43,925 nucleotides of DNA. Origin: a virus (taxonomy: Duplodnaviria > Caudoviricetes). Of the stretch, positions 1-7,881 are shown in pieces. Every line of letters begins with the position of its first letter. Within the stretch, counting starts at the first letter, position 1. A program made the position numbers and the translations under genes. The notes beneath the pieces are model-generated. The model was not told the DNA's origin. It worked only from the letters and a program-made list of their open reading frames with translations, and did no database searches. The DNA lies in the IMG/VR virus record IMGVR_UViG_3300010222_000007, positions 1-43,925 of that record, one strand, 5' to 3'.

Positions 1-47
1 GCTATAGCAATATTGCTCCCCTATGCGTGGGCGTTTCAGAACAGCAT

Positions 48-248
48 TCATCGCCGATCACCTCGCGCGTTGACGCGCTCGATCACCTGCGGGAGCGCGG
101 GCGAGTCGGCGTCCGTCGTGATCGTGCCGCCCTCGGCGACGATTTCGAGCGTCTCGCGGTGTTCTTCGACGACCTCGGCGACGCTCTCGGGCACTTCCAC
201 GTCGCCGTCCTTGTCGACGGTCACGCGAGCGGTACGAACGTCACTCAT
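48..248 (-). CDS. small acidic hypothetical protein (66 aa, MSDVRTARV...)
   Basis: ATG at 248 overlaps the upstream TGA (ATGA); acidic composition; 3' part of track ORF 48..446. Confidence 0.7.
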   Translation of the reverse strand: MSDVRTARVTVDKDGDVEVPESVAEVVEEHRETLEIVAEGGTITTDADSPALPQVIERVNARGDRR

Positions 249-328
249 CCACCGGCCCCCAGCAGAATCCGCCACGTTTCGCCTGCATCGGTCGCGGAGG
301 ACGATGCCCGTGCGGTTCCTCGGGTCAT
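245..328 (-). CDS. 27-aa micro-ORF MTRGTARASSSATDAGETWRILLGAGG
   Basis: ATGA overlaps at both ends fill the gap between neighbours exactly; C-terminus matches that of the ORF at 20113..20256. Confidence 0.55.
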   Translation of the reverse strand: MTRGTARASSSATDAGETWRILLGAGG

Positions 329-561
329 AGCGAAACCTCGTTCTCTTCCCCGTATTCGATCGCTTCGTCGGCGTTCGCGAGCGCGAAAGCGACCAACACT
401 CGCGCAACCTGCGAGACGTTTCGCACTGTCTCGTCGTTGGCATCAACGAGTTCGCCCACTGCGGATTTCATTTCAGGAGAGACGCGAAACTCGATGCTTA
501 CCTTCTCTCGATCGTGCTTTCCCGCGCTGTCGTCTTCTGTCCCAGCAGTACGGCTTGACAT
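325..561 (-). CDS. ribbon-helix-helix (CopG/Cro-like) DNA-binding protein, first gene of the early operon
   Basis: KVSIEFRVSPEMKSAV...NVSQVARVLV strand-helix-helix pattern; divergent from a second RHH gene. Confidence 0.6.
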   Translation of the reverse strand: MSSRTAGTEDDSAGKHDREKVSIEFRVSPEMKSAVGELVDANDETVRNVSQVARVLVAFALANADEAIEYGEENEVSL

Positions 562-679
562 GGCACATACTACTGTACTACACCAACTAAGTTATTGCGG
601 TCGTATCCAGTACCACGGGTGCGATAATACGCCAGCGAGTAGGGGATTTATTAGTCCATGGGTACTATTGTAGGACAAC
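562..679. promoter_or_regulatory. divergent promoter region (lysis/lysogeny-type switch) with two operator-like direct repeats
   Basis: TTTATTAG at 646-653 lies ~27 nt before ATG 680; TACTACTGTACTACACC (568-584) and TACTATTGTAGGACAAC (663-679) match at 13/17 and each sits next to a start codon. Confidence 0.55.
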
Positions 680-913
680 ATGGCACAGCAGGGTGGAGGG
701 TCCGACGACCGCTCGGAAGGAGCAAAAAACGTGTCGTTTTGGATCGACGAACAGGTGGTCGAAGAGTTCGACAAGGCGATTGGTGCGGCGCGAGCGTCGG
801 AGGCGGTTGGACCAAACGCGAACCGCAGTGACGTGCTCCGCGTGCTAATGAAAGAGTTCATCGCGGAGCACGGCCAGGGAAACCCGAAAATGGCGGCGAT
901 GCTGGCTGATTAG
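680..913 (+). CDS. ribbon-helix-helix transcriptional regulator, putative repressor
   Basis: KNVSFWIDEQVVEEFD...NRSDVLRVLMKEFI RHH signature; leaderless start after a TATA box. Confidence 0.7.
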   Translation: MAQQGGGSDDRSEGAKNVSFWIDEQVVEEFDKAIGAARASEAVGPNANRSDVLRVLMKEFIAEHGQGNPKMAAMLAD

Positions 914-925
914 TCAATTGCCGCC
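877..925 (+). promoter_or_regulatory. putative -1 programmed ribosomal frameshift signal (G GGA AAC plus stem-loop)
   Basis: in-phase X XXY YYZ heptamer 877-883; 8-nt spacer; hairpin GGCGGCGAT/ATTGCCGCC (892-900/917-925) with inner TGGCT/AGTCA. Confidence 0.6.
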
Positions 926-1022
926 TCGTAATTCAATAGCCCGTACCGTAGACACTTCCGAGCCATCTCAGTTTCTGTCAGTCCGGCCCCCTCTGCAACA
1001 GCAGCTAACCACTCGTCGGTAC

Positions 1023-1029
1023 TTTTTTT
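1023..1029 (+). terminator. oligo-T archaeal terminator
   Basis: T7 tract ~110 nt downstream of the repressor stop codon. Confidence 0.4.
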
Positions 1030-1220
1030 GACCGGTACTTCTCGTCCCCCACCCGTCTCTTCATCCATGCCAACAATCTTCACGGATGCCCATCATCAAC
1101 CCTCGGCAACACCGCGTCGGAAGTAAAACTGCATTTCCCTTCTTCTGATCTTCGGGAAGCGCGACCCCGACCGTCGCCACCATACCTTTAACACAACCCG
1201 CCGACACAATCAGTCGGACT

Positions 1221-2117
1221 ATGCAACGACGACGCTACCTTGCGCTGGCGGGTGTATCGATGACTGTACTGGCGGGCTGCTCGGAGGAGGAGGGCGGCGG
1301 GGACAACGGCAGCGACGGGACCGAGACCGCCGAGATGGAGACACTGACCGAGACGGCCGAACCGACCGCCACGGCGACGACCGAACCGCCGGCCGACGAG
1401 ACCACAATGGTCGAAACGGAGGCCGAAACCGAACCTGAAACAGAGACTGAGACCCCAACAAGCACCGAAACGGAGACTGAAACCGAGGCGATGATGGAGA
1501 CCGAGACCACTGACTCCGCAACCGCGACGACGGCAAGCGGCGGGACCGGGAGCACGACCGTCTCGGACTCGGAACTCGTCGTCGAAGAGGGCGAGTTCGG
1601 CACGGACGTCTACATGACAGGGATCGTCGAGAATACCGGCAGCGACACGCTCCGCTTGCCGGAGGCCCGCGTCACGTTCTACGACGACTCGGAGTCAATT
1701 TTAGACACATCGACTGCCAGCATCTACTTTCTCGAACCCGGGACGCGCTGGGAGATCTACGAGCCCTACCTCGACGACACCGAGCCCGCCAGCGGCGAGA
1801 TTGAGGTCACGAGCGCCGATACGTATCAGACGGAGCTCGGCATCCCAGATCCGCTCAACATTGCCGAGGAAAACCTCCGGACCGGCGAGGAGCCGGCGCT
1901 TGACCTCCGCGTGGAGAACACCTCGGATAGCACCGTCTCGCCGGCGGTGTTCTGCGTGTTTTACGATGGGGATGGAATCGCACTCGGCGACGGGCTCGAC
2001 TCGCTTGATGAGCTCCCGGCGGGCGAGTCGTGGCAAACCACGCTCGAACTTCTGGCGTACAGCACCCAAGACTCAACCCGCGTCTCGGATTATGATCTCT
2101 ACGCGAACCTTCTGTAA
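1221..2117 (+). CDS. Tat-exported lipoprotein with Thr/Glu linker and two FxLYD-type Ig-like domains
   Basis: MQRRRYL twin-arginine signal, LAGC lipobox, TE-rich linker, two copies of VENT...VTFYD/VFYD...L.PG..W. Confidence 0.85.
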   Translation: MQRRRYLALAGVSMTVLAGCSEEEGGGDNGSDGTETAEMETLTETAEPTATATTEPPADETTMVETEAETEPETETETPTSTETETETEAMMETETTDSATATTASGGTGSTTVSDSELVVEEGEFGTDVYMTGIVENTGSDTLRLPEARVTFYDDSESILDTSTASIYFLEPGTRWEIYEPYLDDTEPASGEIEVTSADTYQTELGIPDPLNIAEENLRTGEEPALDLRVENTSDSTVSPAVFCVFYDGDGIALGDGLDSLDELPAGESWQTTLELLAYSTQDSTRVSDYDLYANLL

Positions 2118-2204
2118 CCTGCTGGGGCTTGATTTCTCAGTTCCGCTCGGAAGCGGCGAGATCACCGGCACGCCTTTGTGCCTATCCAGCGTAGGCGGAT
2201 GGGT

Positions 2205-2408
2205 ATGCCAGGCGTGACTATCGATCCGGATGCTCAGACCGTGAGCGCGCAGCGATCGCTGCGGGAAGCTGGGGCGTCGCTGACCCTCACGATCCCGCCG
2301 GAGATACTCGACTCGATCAAGGCCGAGCAGGGCGACGACCTGCAGCTCGTCGCGCACATGGACACCGGGGTGGTTGAGGTCTCAAAAGTGGAGGACGGTG
2401 AGGAATAG
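2205..2408 (+). CDS. AbrB/MazE/SpoVT-family DNA-binding protein
   Basis: RSLREAGASLTLTIPPEILDSIKAEQGDDL motif. Confidence 0.75.
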   Translation: MPGVTIDPDAQTVSAQRSLREAGASLTLTIPPEILDSIKAEQGDDLQLVAHMDTGVVEVSKVEDGEE

Positions 2409-2438
2409 CAGCTGCGTTACGTTACTGTTGGAGATTGT

Positions 2439-2738
2439 TCAGGCATCCATTTCCTCCAAGACCCGCTTGCGGAGCCGGTCTTGTTTCTCTCCGATTGCCT
2501 CAGCGACCTCATCTTCGCCGAAGCACACGGCCATCTGATGGGCCATGATGATCGCGTCGGCGATTTCTTCGACCGCTGCGTCACGTCCACCGCGCCCACG
2601 CTGCCAGCGAGCGATCGCCGTCTGCGCCTCGCCGAGTTCCTCAACGGCCATCCACATCTGGAGGTCGGTCCCCCATGCGCCGATCGCCTTTTCGAGCAAG
2701 TCGTGGTCAATAGCATCTGCGGAGTCGTCACTCCCCAT
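2439..2738 (-). CDS. MazG-like nucleotide pyrophosphohydrolase
   Basis: EELGE...EEIAD acidic metal-binding motifs; ~100 aa, all-alpha. Confidence 0.75.
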   Translation of the reverse strand: MGSDDSADAIDHDLLEKAIGAWGTDLQMWMAVEELGEAQTAIARWQRGRGGRDAAVEEIADAIIMAHQMAVCFGEDEVAEAIGEKQDRLRKRVLEEMDA

Positions 2739-2952
2739 CACAGACCACCTCGCGCGTTTCTTCGAGGAGTTTCGGCGCGTGCTGCTCTATCCAGTCCATA
2801 TCATCAGCCAGCGGTCCTTTGATCCGCGATCGGATGCGGGAAACCGCTTCGTAGCGCCGCTGGTCGCCATGCTCGCCCGCCAGATACTCGCGTTCGGTCT
2901 CGGTCATCAGTGCGCGGCCTGTCGCCATACCGGCACGGTTCTCCGCTCTCAT
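2728..2952 (-). CDS. small haloarchaeal hypothetical protein, possible regulator
   Basis: RALMTETEREYLAGE...RYEAVSRIRSRI pattern; divergent from the SWIM gene across palindromic operators. Confidence 0.65.
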   Translation of the reverse strand: MRAENRAGMATGRALMTETEREYLAGEHGDQRRYEAVSRIRSRIKGPLADDMDWIEQHAPKLLEETREVVCDGE

Positions 2953-2958
2953 ACAATG

Positions 2959-3022
2959 GCTTGTTGCATCCGACCAGCCTTATGGGTTGTCCCTTGAGAC
3001 AACCTTGTTCTATGCAACAAGC
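2959..3022. promoter_or_regulatory. nested inverted repeats (operators) between divergent promoters
   Basis: GCTTGTTGCAT 2959-2969 / ATGCAACAAGC 3012-3022; GGTTGTC 2985-2991 / GACAACC 2998-3004. Confidence 0.6.
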
Positions 3023-3062
3023 TTAAGTCCCCGGAGCATAGAGTACTCACTGTAGCCCGAGA

Positions 3063-3120
3063 CCGTCGCAGTAAGACGGCCCGGTGTTGAAGCACCGGAC
3101 CACGGGTTGCGGAGCAACCC
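3063..3120 (+). promoter_or_regulatory. three-hairpin structured 5' leader
   Basis: CCGTC/GACGG, CCGGTGT/GCACCGG and GGGTTGC/GCAACCC hairpins; the last abuts ATG 3121; TATA-like CTTAAGT at 3022. Confidence 0.55.
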
Positions 3121-3756
3121 ATGTCTATGGAAGCGACCACCGCTGTTGAATCCAGCGGTAACGACCGCAGCATCGAATCCGACCGCCTCTCGCGAGCGCT
3201 CACGGAGAGTCTGACCGTTCGCGACGCCGGCAAGCTACAGTACCTCGTCGGCCACGAGGGCGCGGAGTACCTCGTCGACGTTGAGGCCGGCACGTGCGAA
3301 TGCCCCGACTACCGCCACCGGGGGAAGCGGTTCGTGTGCAAGCACGCCCTGCGGGCGAGCGTTCACCACGCCTATCGACAGACGCACAACACCCGCCTCG
3401 TGGCGCGTGTCCTCGCGGCCCTGCGCGACGTTGGGTGCCCGCACGATGTCGCCGGGTGTGGCGGTCCGACCGACGAGGGGCAGCGCGGGCTGCCCTGTGA
3501 GGGGTGCATCGCCGCGACGCCCGGGCACTGGGTGGTCTACTGTCGCCTGAGCGGTCACGATGAGTGGCTCGGCATCGGTGCGGATGCCGACCGCGGCGAG
3601 GGCGTCGTCACGGACGGTGGCTCCGAAGACGAGTCCCACGGCACCGTCACGCTCCACCCCTGCTCCACTTGCGACGGGCAAGCCGAGGGCGACGACGAGC
3701 AGTGCGCCGAGTGCCAGCGCCGGGGCGTCTCGCCCGTCGACGAGACTCCACTATGA
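3121..3756 (+). CDS. SWIM zinc-finger protein
   Basis: YLVD...TCECPDY...CKH (CxCxnCxH) plus further Cys clusters. Confidence 0.85.
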   Translation: MSMEATTAVESSGNDRSIESDRLSRALTESLTVRDAGKLQYLVGHEGAEYLVDVEAGTCECPDYRHRGKRFVCKHALRASVHHAYRQTHNTRLVARVLAALRDVGCPHDVAGCGGPTDEGQRGLPCEGCIAATPGHWVVYCRLSGHDEWLGIGADADRGEGVVTDGGSEDESHGTVTLHPCSTCDGQAEGDDEQCAECQRRGVSPVDETPL

Positions 3757-3983
3757 GCGCCGACGAAACCGAGCGCGTCGAGCGCACGGACGTTGGCATC
3801 AGTATCGAGCTCGAACTCAAGCGCGGGGAGGGCACGCGCGACCAGGATAAAATCAAAGCGAAGGCGAAAGGCGCGACACTGGAGGACGCCCGCGAGGACA
3901 TGGACGAACTCAAACCGTGGCTGCGAGCGCTCGCCGAAGATGTTCGCGAGTGGCAGCCGGGTGATGATGGGGGCGGCGAATGA
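3753..3983 (+). CDS. haloarchaeal hypothetical protein (76 aa)
   Basis: ATGA overlap with the SWIM gene; acidic; GISIELELKRGEGTRDQD motif. Confidence 0.7.
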   Translation: MSADETERVERTDVGISIELELKRGEGTRDQDKIKAKAKGATLEDAREDMDELKPWLRALAEDVREWQPGDDGGGE

Positions 3984-4156
3984 CCGACGCCCACGATAGT
4001 GACGACCCGGACGCGATCGTGATCGCCGCGTCGCGCGTCGAAGACATGACCGTCGCGCAGGCCGCTCGGTCGCCGACGGGCGCGCACCTGCTGCCCGATC
4101 GGGCCTGCCGGGACCGCCGAGACCGCGACGACCACGAACTCGGCGACTTCGAGTAG
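3980..4156 (+). CDS. 58-aa hypothetical protein (MTDAHDSDDPD...)
   Basis: ATGA overlap; acidic; ends before a convergent gene. Confidence 0.55.
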   Translation: MTDAHDSDDPDAIVIAASRVEDMTVAQAARSPTGAHLLPDRACRDRRDRDDHELGDFE

Positions 4157-4176
4157 CGCGGAAAAACAGCTTCTTT

Positions 4177-5409
4177 TCAGTCGACCGTCACGAGACCGTC
4201 GCCGCGATCGTCGACGACGTGCTTTCCGGGCGCGTCCCCCAAGAACTCACACCCGGTGAACCGGACCCACTGCGCGCCCGGCGGGTGGAGTTCGCGCCAG
4301 CCGCCGCCGATGGCCTGGATGACACACCACTGCCCGGTGCCCTCGTTGCGGAAGGTGGTGTTGCGGAACTCGAAGCCGCCGGTGTTGCCCATCACGAACG
4401 CGAGCATCGAGGCCGCCAGTCCGTCGGTCTCGCAGAACACCTCGCAGTTTTCGAGATATCCACCCGAGGCACCGTCGCGCGAGTCCTCGATGCGGACGAT
4501 TTTGGTCGCCTTCCGGCCTTTCGAGCGCTTGTGATCCGTGTACTCGGCGTCGCGCTGGTAGCCGATGCGACAGTCCCTGGCGTACGATCCTTTGCCAGCG
4601 ATCCGGAGGTTGGTATTGCAATTGTCAATCAGTTCGCCACCGACGACTTCCACAGCGCTCGCCTTGCTAGCGTAGATGGCGTGCTCGCCCTGATTTCTGA
4701 TCGACGGGTTCTCGATCCGGACGGTTCCCGTCGACGAATCCCAGACGCTGATTCCCTGTGCGTTGCCGGGATAACTGATAACTTCGGTCTCGCAGTGATC
4801 CGTCCAGTTGCGAATCAGGCCGGACCCGTCCTCGTCGACGACGTTCGCCGTCAGACCGGTCGGCTCCTGTCCGAGTGGCGGTCCCGCAGTGATGCGGTTC
4901 GGGGTCACGCCCGTCCGTGAGCAGTCGTGGATCTCCAACCCGTCGTGGACGGTAATGCTGCAACCGAGACCGGCTTGCAGACCGTCGCGTTGGTCGAACT
5001 CGATGTTCTCGACGAGGATGTTTCGGCCGGGGTCGTTCGACGAGACGTGCAGTGCGCGCAGACACTCGCCCGGCGGCGGCCGGAGCGTCACGTCGTCACC
5101 CAGTCCGACGATCCCCCAGTTCTTAGTCCCGAAAAAGACGTTGTGGCCGGTCTGATAGGTTCCGTTCGGTACTTCGATGAGCACGCCGTCCCGGTCGGGA
5201 ACGGAGATGGTCTCGTCGCCGTTGGGGTCCCAGTCGAGATCGTCAACGGCGTGGACGCGGCGATCGAACTCGATACCGTGGCGAACGAGCGGGCCGCCAC
5301 CGTCGCCCGGACCATCGCTCTGGCCGCCCGACGCCCCGGATTCGGTCGCCGAGGAGGGGCTTGTCCTCGCCGCGAGCTCCACGCCCATCGCCGGTGCCCG
5401 GATCGGCAT
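4177..5409 (-). CDS. right-handed parallel beta-helix (pectin-lyase-like) protein, putative glycan depolymerase
   Basis: IEVPNGTY lead-in and repeated (V/I)xIEN/IRN rungs, HAIYAS, NTNLRI; start refined to ATG 5409, just after the upstream stop. Confidence 0.65.
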   Translation of the reverse strand: MPIRAPAMGVELAARTSPSSATESGASGGQSDGPGDGGGPLVRHGIEFDRRVHAVDDLDWDPNGDETISVPDRDGVLIEVPNGTYQTGHNVFFGTKNWGIVGLGDDVTLRPPPGECLRALHVSSNDPGRNILVENIEFDQRDGLQAGLGCSITVHDGLEIHDCSRTGVTPNRITAGPPLGQEPTGLTANVVDEDGSGLIRNWTDHCETEVISYPGNAQGISVWDSSTGTVRIENPSIRNQGEHAIYASKASAVEVVGGELIDNCNTNLRIAGKGSYARDCRIGYQRDAEYTDHKRSKGRKATKIVRIEDSRDGASGGYLENCEVFCETDGLAASMLAFVMGNTGGFEFRNTTFRNEGTGQWCVIQAIGGGWRELHPPGAQWVRFTGCEFLGDAPGKHVVDDRGDGLVTVD

Positions 5410-5410
5410 G

Positions 5411-5944
5411 TCAGATCGCCCCGACCGGCGGGTTCCCCGCCACGTCGAGCTCGCGGTTGTCAATCGTCACGGTGAGGTTCTGGTTGCTGTCGACAGCAAC
5501 GAGCGCCCCCGCGAAGTGCCACGTGTCCTCGCCGTCGCGGACCCGACCGCGGGCGCTCGTGCCGGACGGCCCGATCACCTCGGTCTCGTTGGTTGTGCCC
5601 GACCCGATGATCCGACCGTCGGCGTCGACCGCAAATCGATAGGGAGCCTTGTCGGCAGTAGTCTCGACTCGCATCGTGCGCATGTTGAGATGGAACGGAT
5701 CGATCGGTTCGCCGTCGAGTTCGAGGCGGTAATCGCCCACGTCGCCGGGGAACGCGAGGCCCTTCGGCGCGCCGTCGAACGCGATCACGTCCGTGCCGCC
5801 GTTGACGTGCCCCACGACGGCCTTCTCGTCCACCTCGTCGTGGTCGTTGAGTCCGAGGGGCTCGACGAACCCCACCGCTTCGAACCGGTAGTCGGTGCGC
5901 CCCGAATCGCTGATCACCGCCAGCTCGTGGTCGTGGCTCGGCAT
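5411..5944 (-). CDS. protein with two beta-rich repeats (YRF...G.V..G.D...F.G)
   Basis: internal duplication visible in the translation; coupled to the beta-helix gene. Confidence 0.65.
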   Translation of the reverse strand: MPSHDHELAVISDSGRTDYRFEAVGFVEPLGLNDHDEVDEKAVVGHVNGGTDVIAFDGAPKGLAFPGDVGDYRLELDGEPIDPFHLNMRTMRVETTADKAPYRFAVDADGRIIGSGTTNETEVIGPSGTSARGRVRDGEDTWHFAGALVAVDSNQNLTVTIDNRELDVAGNPPVGAI

Positions 5945-6066
5945 GGTGTTGTGACCCAGGTAGCATCCACACGCCTATCTATCCGTCGGTCGGGGTGCTA
6001 CCCGCGCCGGTCCGGGAGTTCGCGTTCGCGGTCGACGTACTGCGACGCCGGGGGCCGTCGTAGGTG

Positions 6067-7881
6067 TTAGTAAACCGTGAACTTCACCTGTGCGCCGAAC
6101 GTGCTCGGTGAGCCGGTGCGGTTCTCGATCTGCAAACGGAGCTTGTCGGTCCCCGCATAGTCAGCGAGCGGATTGTTGTACGTCCCGTGGGATTTCAAGC
6201 CGGACGTGTGCCTGTATAGGCTGTATGAGTTCGGCGAATTATTCCGCCGGACGTGAAACCGCTCTTCGTCACTGATAGTTCCATCCTTCCCGATCCGGTT
6301 CACTTCAAGTAGTCTGAAAACGTCGTTATACAGTCTAATAGTCACCCACTCGAGTTCGTTGTCCGCCAGTTCTGTGACCGGCAGCGTCGCCGACTGGGTC
6401 CCCTCTATCTTCTTCCTCTCGATGCCGTCGAGGCTGTCACTATTTTGAACTGAAAGCTCGCTTTCGTCGGACCGAGTGAGAATATCCGATCCGCCGATCG
6501 ACGTTTGCTTGTAATCCGACGTGTACACCCGCCGCCACCCCCCGTTATGGTAGTATTTCACCCCTCTGAGATCATTATACGCCAAAAGTCCCTCGTCATT
6601 CGGGTGGTAGCTAAAATCGTAGTCTCCAAGCCTGATAGCCTCCGCACCGAGCCTCCCTGAAATCGTGTCGCTACGGTCCGACCGCAGATAGTTCGTCGCC
6701 GGCTCGCCGCCGAGTGCGTTGGCGTTGTCCGCGTCGTCGGCGCTGTGCACATTCAGGCCGCTTTCGTCGTCTCGCGTAAGGATAGACGACCCGTTGACCG
6801 ACGTTTGCTTGTAATCCGACGTGTACACCCGCCGCCACCCCCCGTTATGGTAGTATTTCACCCCTCTGAGATCATTATACGCCAAAAGTCCCTCGTCATT
6901 CGGGTGGTAGCTAAAATCGTAGTCTCCAAGCCTGATAGCCTCCGCACCGAGCCTCCCTGAAATCGTGTCGCTACGGTCCGACCGCAGATAGTTCGTCGCC
7001 GGCTCGCCGCCGAGTGCGTTGGCGTTGTCCGCGTCGTCGGCGCTGTGCACATTCAGGCCGCTTTCGTCGTCTCGCGTAAGGATAGACGACCCGTTGACCG
7101 ACGTTTGCTTGTAATCCGACGTGTACACCCGCCGCCACCCCCCGTTATGGTAGTATTTCAACCCCTCGGAATTGTCGTATGCGAAAACACCTTCGGTGTT
7201 TTGGATGTTGCCAAATTCGATGTTTCTGAGGTTGATAGCTTTCGCACCGAGCCGCCCGGCAGTGCTGTCGTTGCGGTCCGAACGCAGATAGTCGCTCGCC
7301 GGCTCGCCGCCGAGCGCGTCGCTGTTGTCGGCGTTATCGGCGTTCTCGGCGCTATACACCTGGCCGTCGACGTTCGCCCCGGTGACGTGCCCGGCGGTGT
7401 CCGCGGCCGCCGCCGAACCCTCATTCCGCGCGTCGATTTGCTCGCCGACCGCACGCTGATCGCGCGCCGCCACTACCCCCGACCCGTCGGTGTCGAACTG
7501 CCAGATGGCGATCTTAGGCCAGCCGGTCTGAAACGCGGATTCGCGCCCCACGACGGCGGCGTTCGACGTGCCCTTCTTCCACCCCAGATACACCGTCTGG
7601 TTGCTCGTCTGCGCATTGAGCGTCACGGTCGTCGTCGTGTCGCGACCGATCCATGACCCCACTACGAAGGCCTCGCCGGTGTCGATCGTCACGTCCATCG
7701 AGCTGGCCGAATGCGAGGCGTCGAATGCGTTGAGCGGCGTGGCTGTCAGCCCCTCGTGGTCGGCGAACTCCACTTGGTCACTCGGCACAACCCAGTCGCC
7801 CGCACCATACCGGATCGCCCCGCTCGTCAGATAGGGGTCAATGTCGTGGACCCCATCGCCGGGGGTAACGCTGTCGGTCAC
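6067..7881 (-). CDS. tail fibre protein with 100-aa tandem repeats
   Basis: ADDADNANALGG...YLRSD fibre motifs; end of tail module; GTG 7881 overlaps the upstream TGA. Confidence 0.75.
   Translation of the reverse strand: MTDSVTPGDGVHDIDPYLTSGAIRYGAGDWVVPSDQVEFADHEGLTATPLNAFDASHSASSMDVTIDTGEAFVVGSWIGRDTTTTVTLNAQTSNQTVYLGWKKGTSNAAVVGRESAFQTGWPKIAIWQFDTDGSGVVAARDQRAVGEQIDARNEGSAAAADTAGHVTGANVDGQVYSAENADNADNSDALGGEPASDYLRSDRNDSTAGRLGAKAINLRNIEFGNIQNTEGVFAYDNSEGLKYYHNGGWRRVYTSDYKQTSVNGSSILTRDDESGLNVHSADDADNANALGGEPATNYLRSDRSDTISGRLGAEAIRLGDYDFSYHPNDEGLLAYNDLRGVKYYHNGGWRRVYTSDYKQTSVNGSSILTRDDESGLNVHSADDADNANALGGEPATNYLRSDRSDTISGRLGAEAIRLGDYDFSYHPNDEGLLAYNDLRGVKYYHNGGWRRVYTSDYKQTSIGGSDILTRSDESELSVQNSDSLDGIERKKIEGTQSATLPVTELADNELEWVTIRLYNDVFRLLEVNRIGKDGTISDEERFHVRRNNSPNSYSLYRHTSGLKSHGTYNNPLADYAGTDKLRLQIENRTGSPSTFGAQVKFTVY
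6499..7160. repeat. perfect 300-bp tandem repeat (2.2 copies; a diverged third copy extends to ~7350)
   Basis: sequence from 6499 is identical to that 300 bp downstream up to 7160. Confidence 0.95.

Noticed and set aside
33-50. GTTTCAGA resembling the start of haloarchaeal CRISPR repeats
   Set aside because: Only 8 nt match; no repeat-spacer periodicity anywhere in the window.
1-51. ORF running off the left edge (MNAVLKRPRIGEQYCYS...)
   Set aside because: ATGA-coupled, but truncated in the window and only 29 aa if the ends are joined; too weak to annotate.
1310-1550. GAGACC/ACCGAG short repeats
   Set aside because: They simply encode the Thr/Glu linker of the lipoprotein.
6499-7160. Repeat as a diversity-generating retroelement template/variable pair or an invertible fibre cassette
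   Set aside because: Copies are identical, direct and in frame; no adenine-specific differences, reverse transcriptase or invertase.
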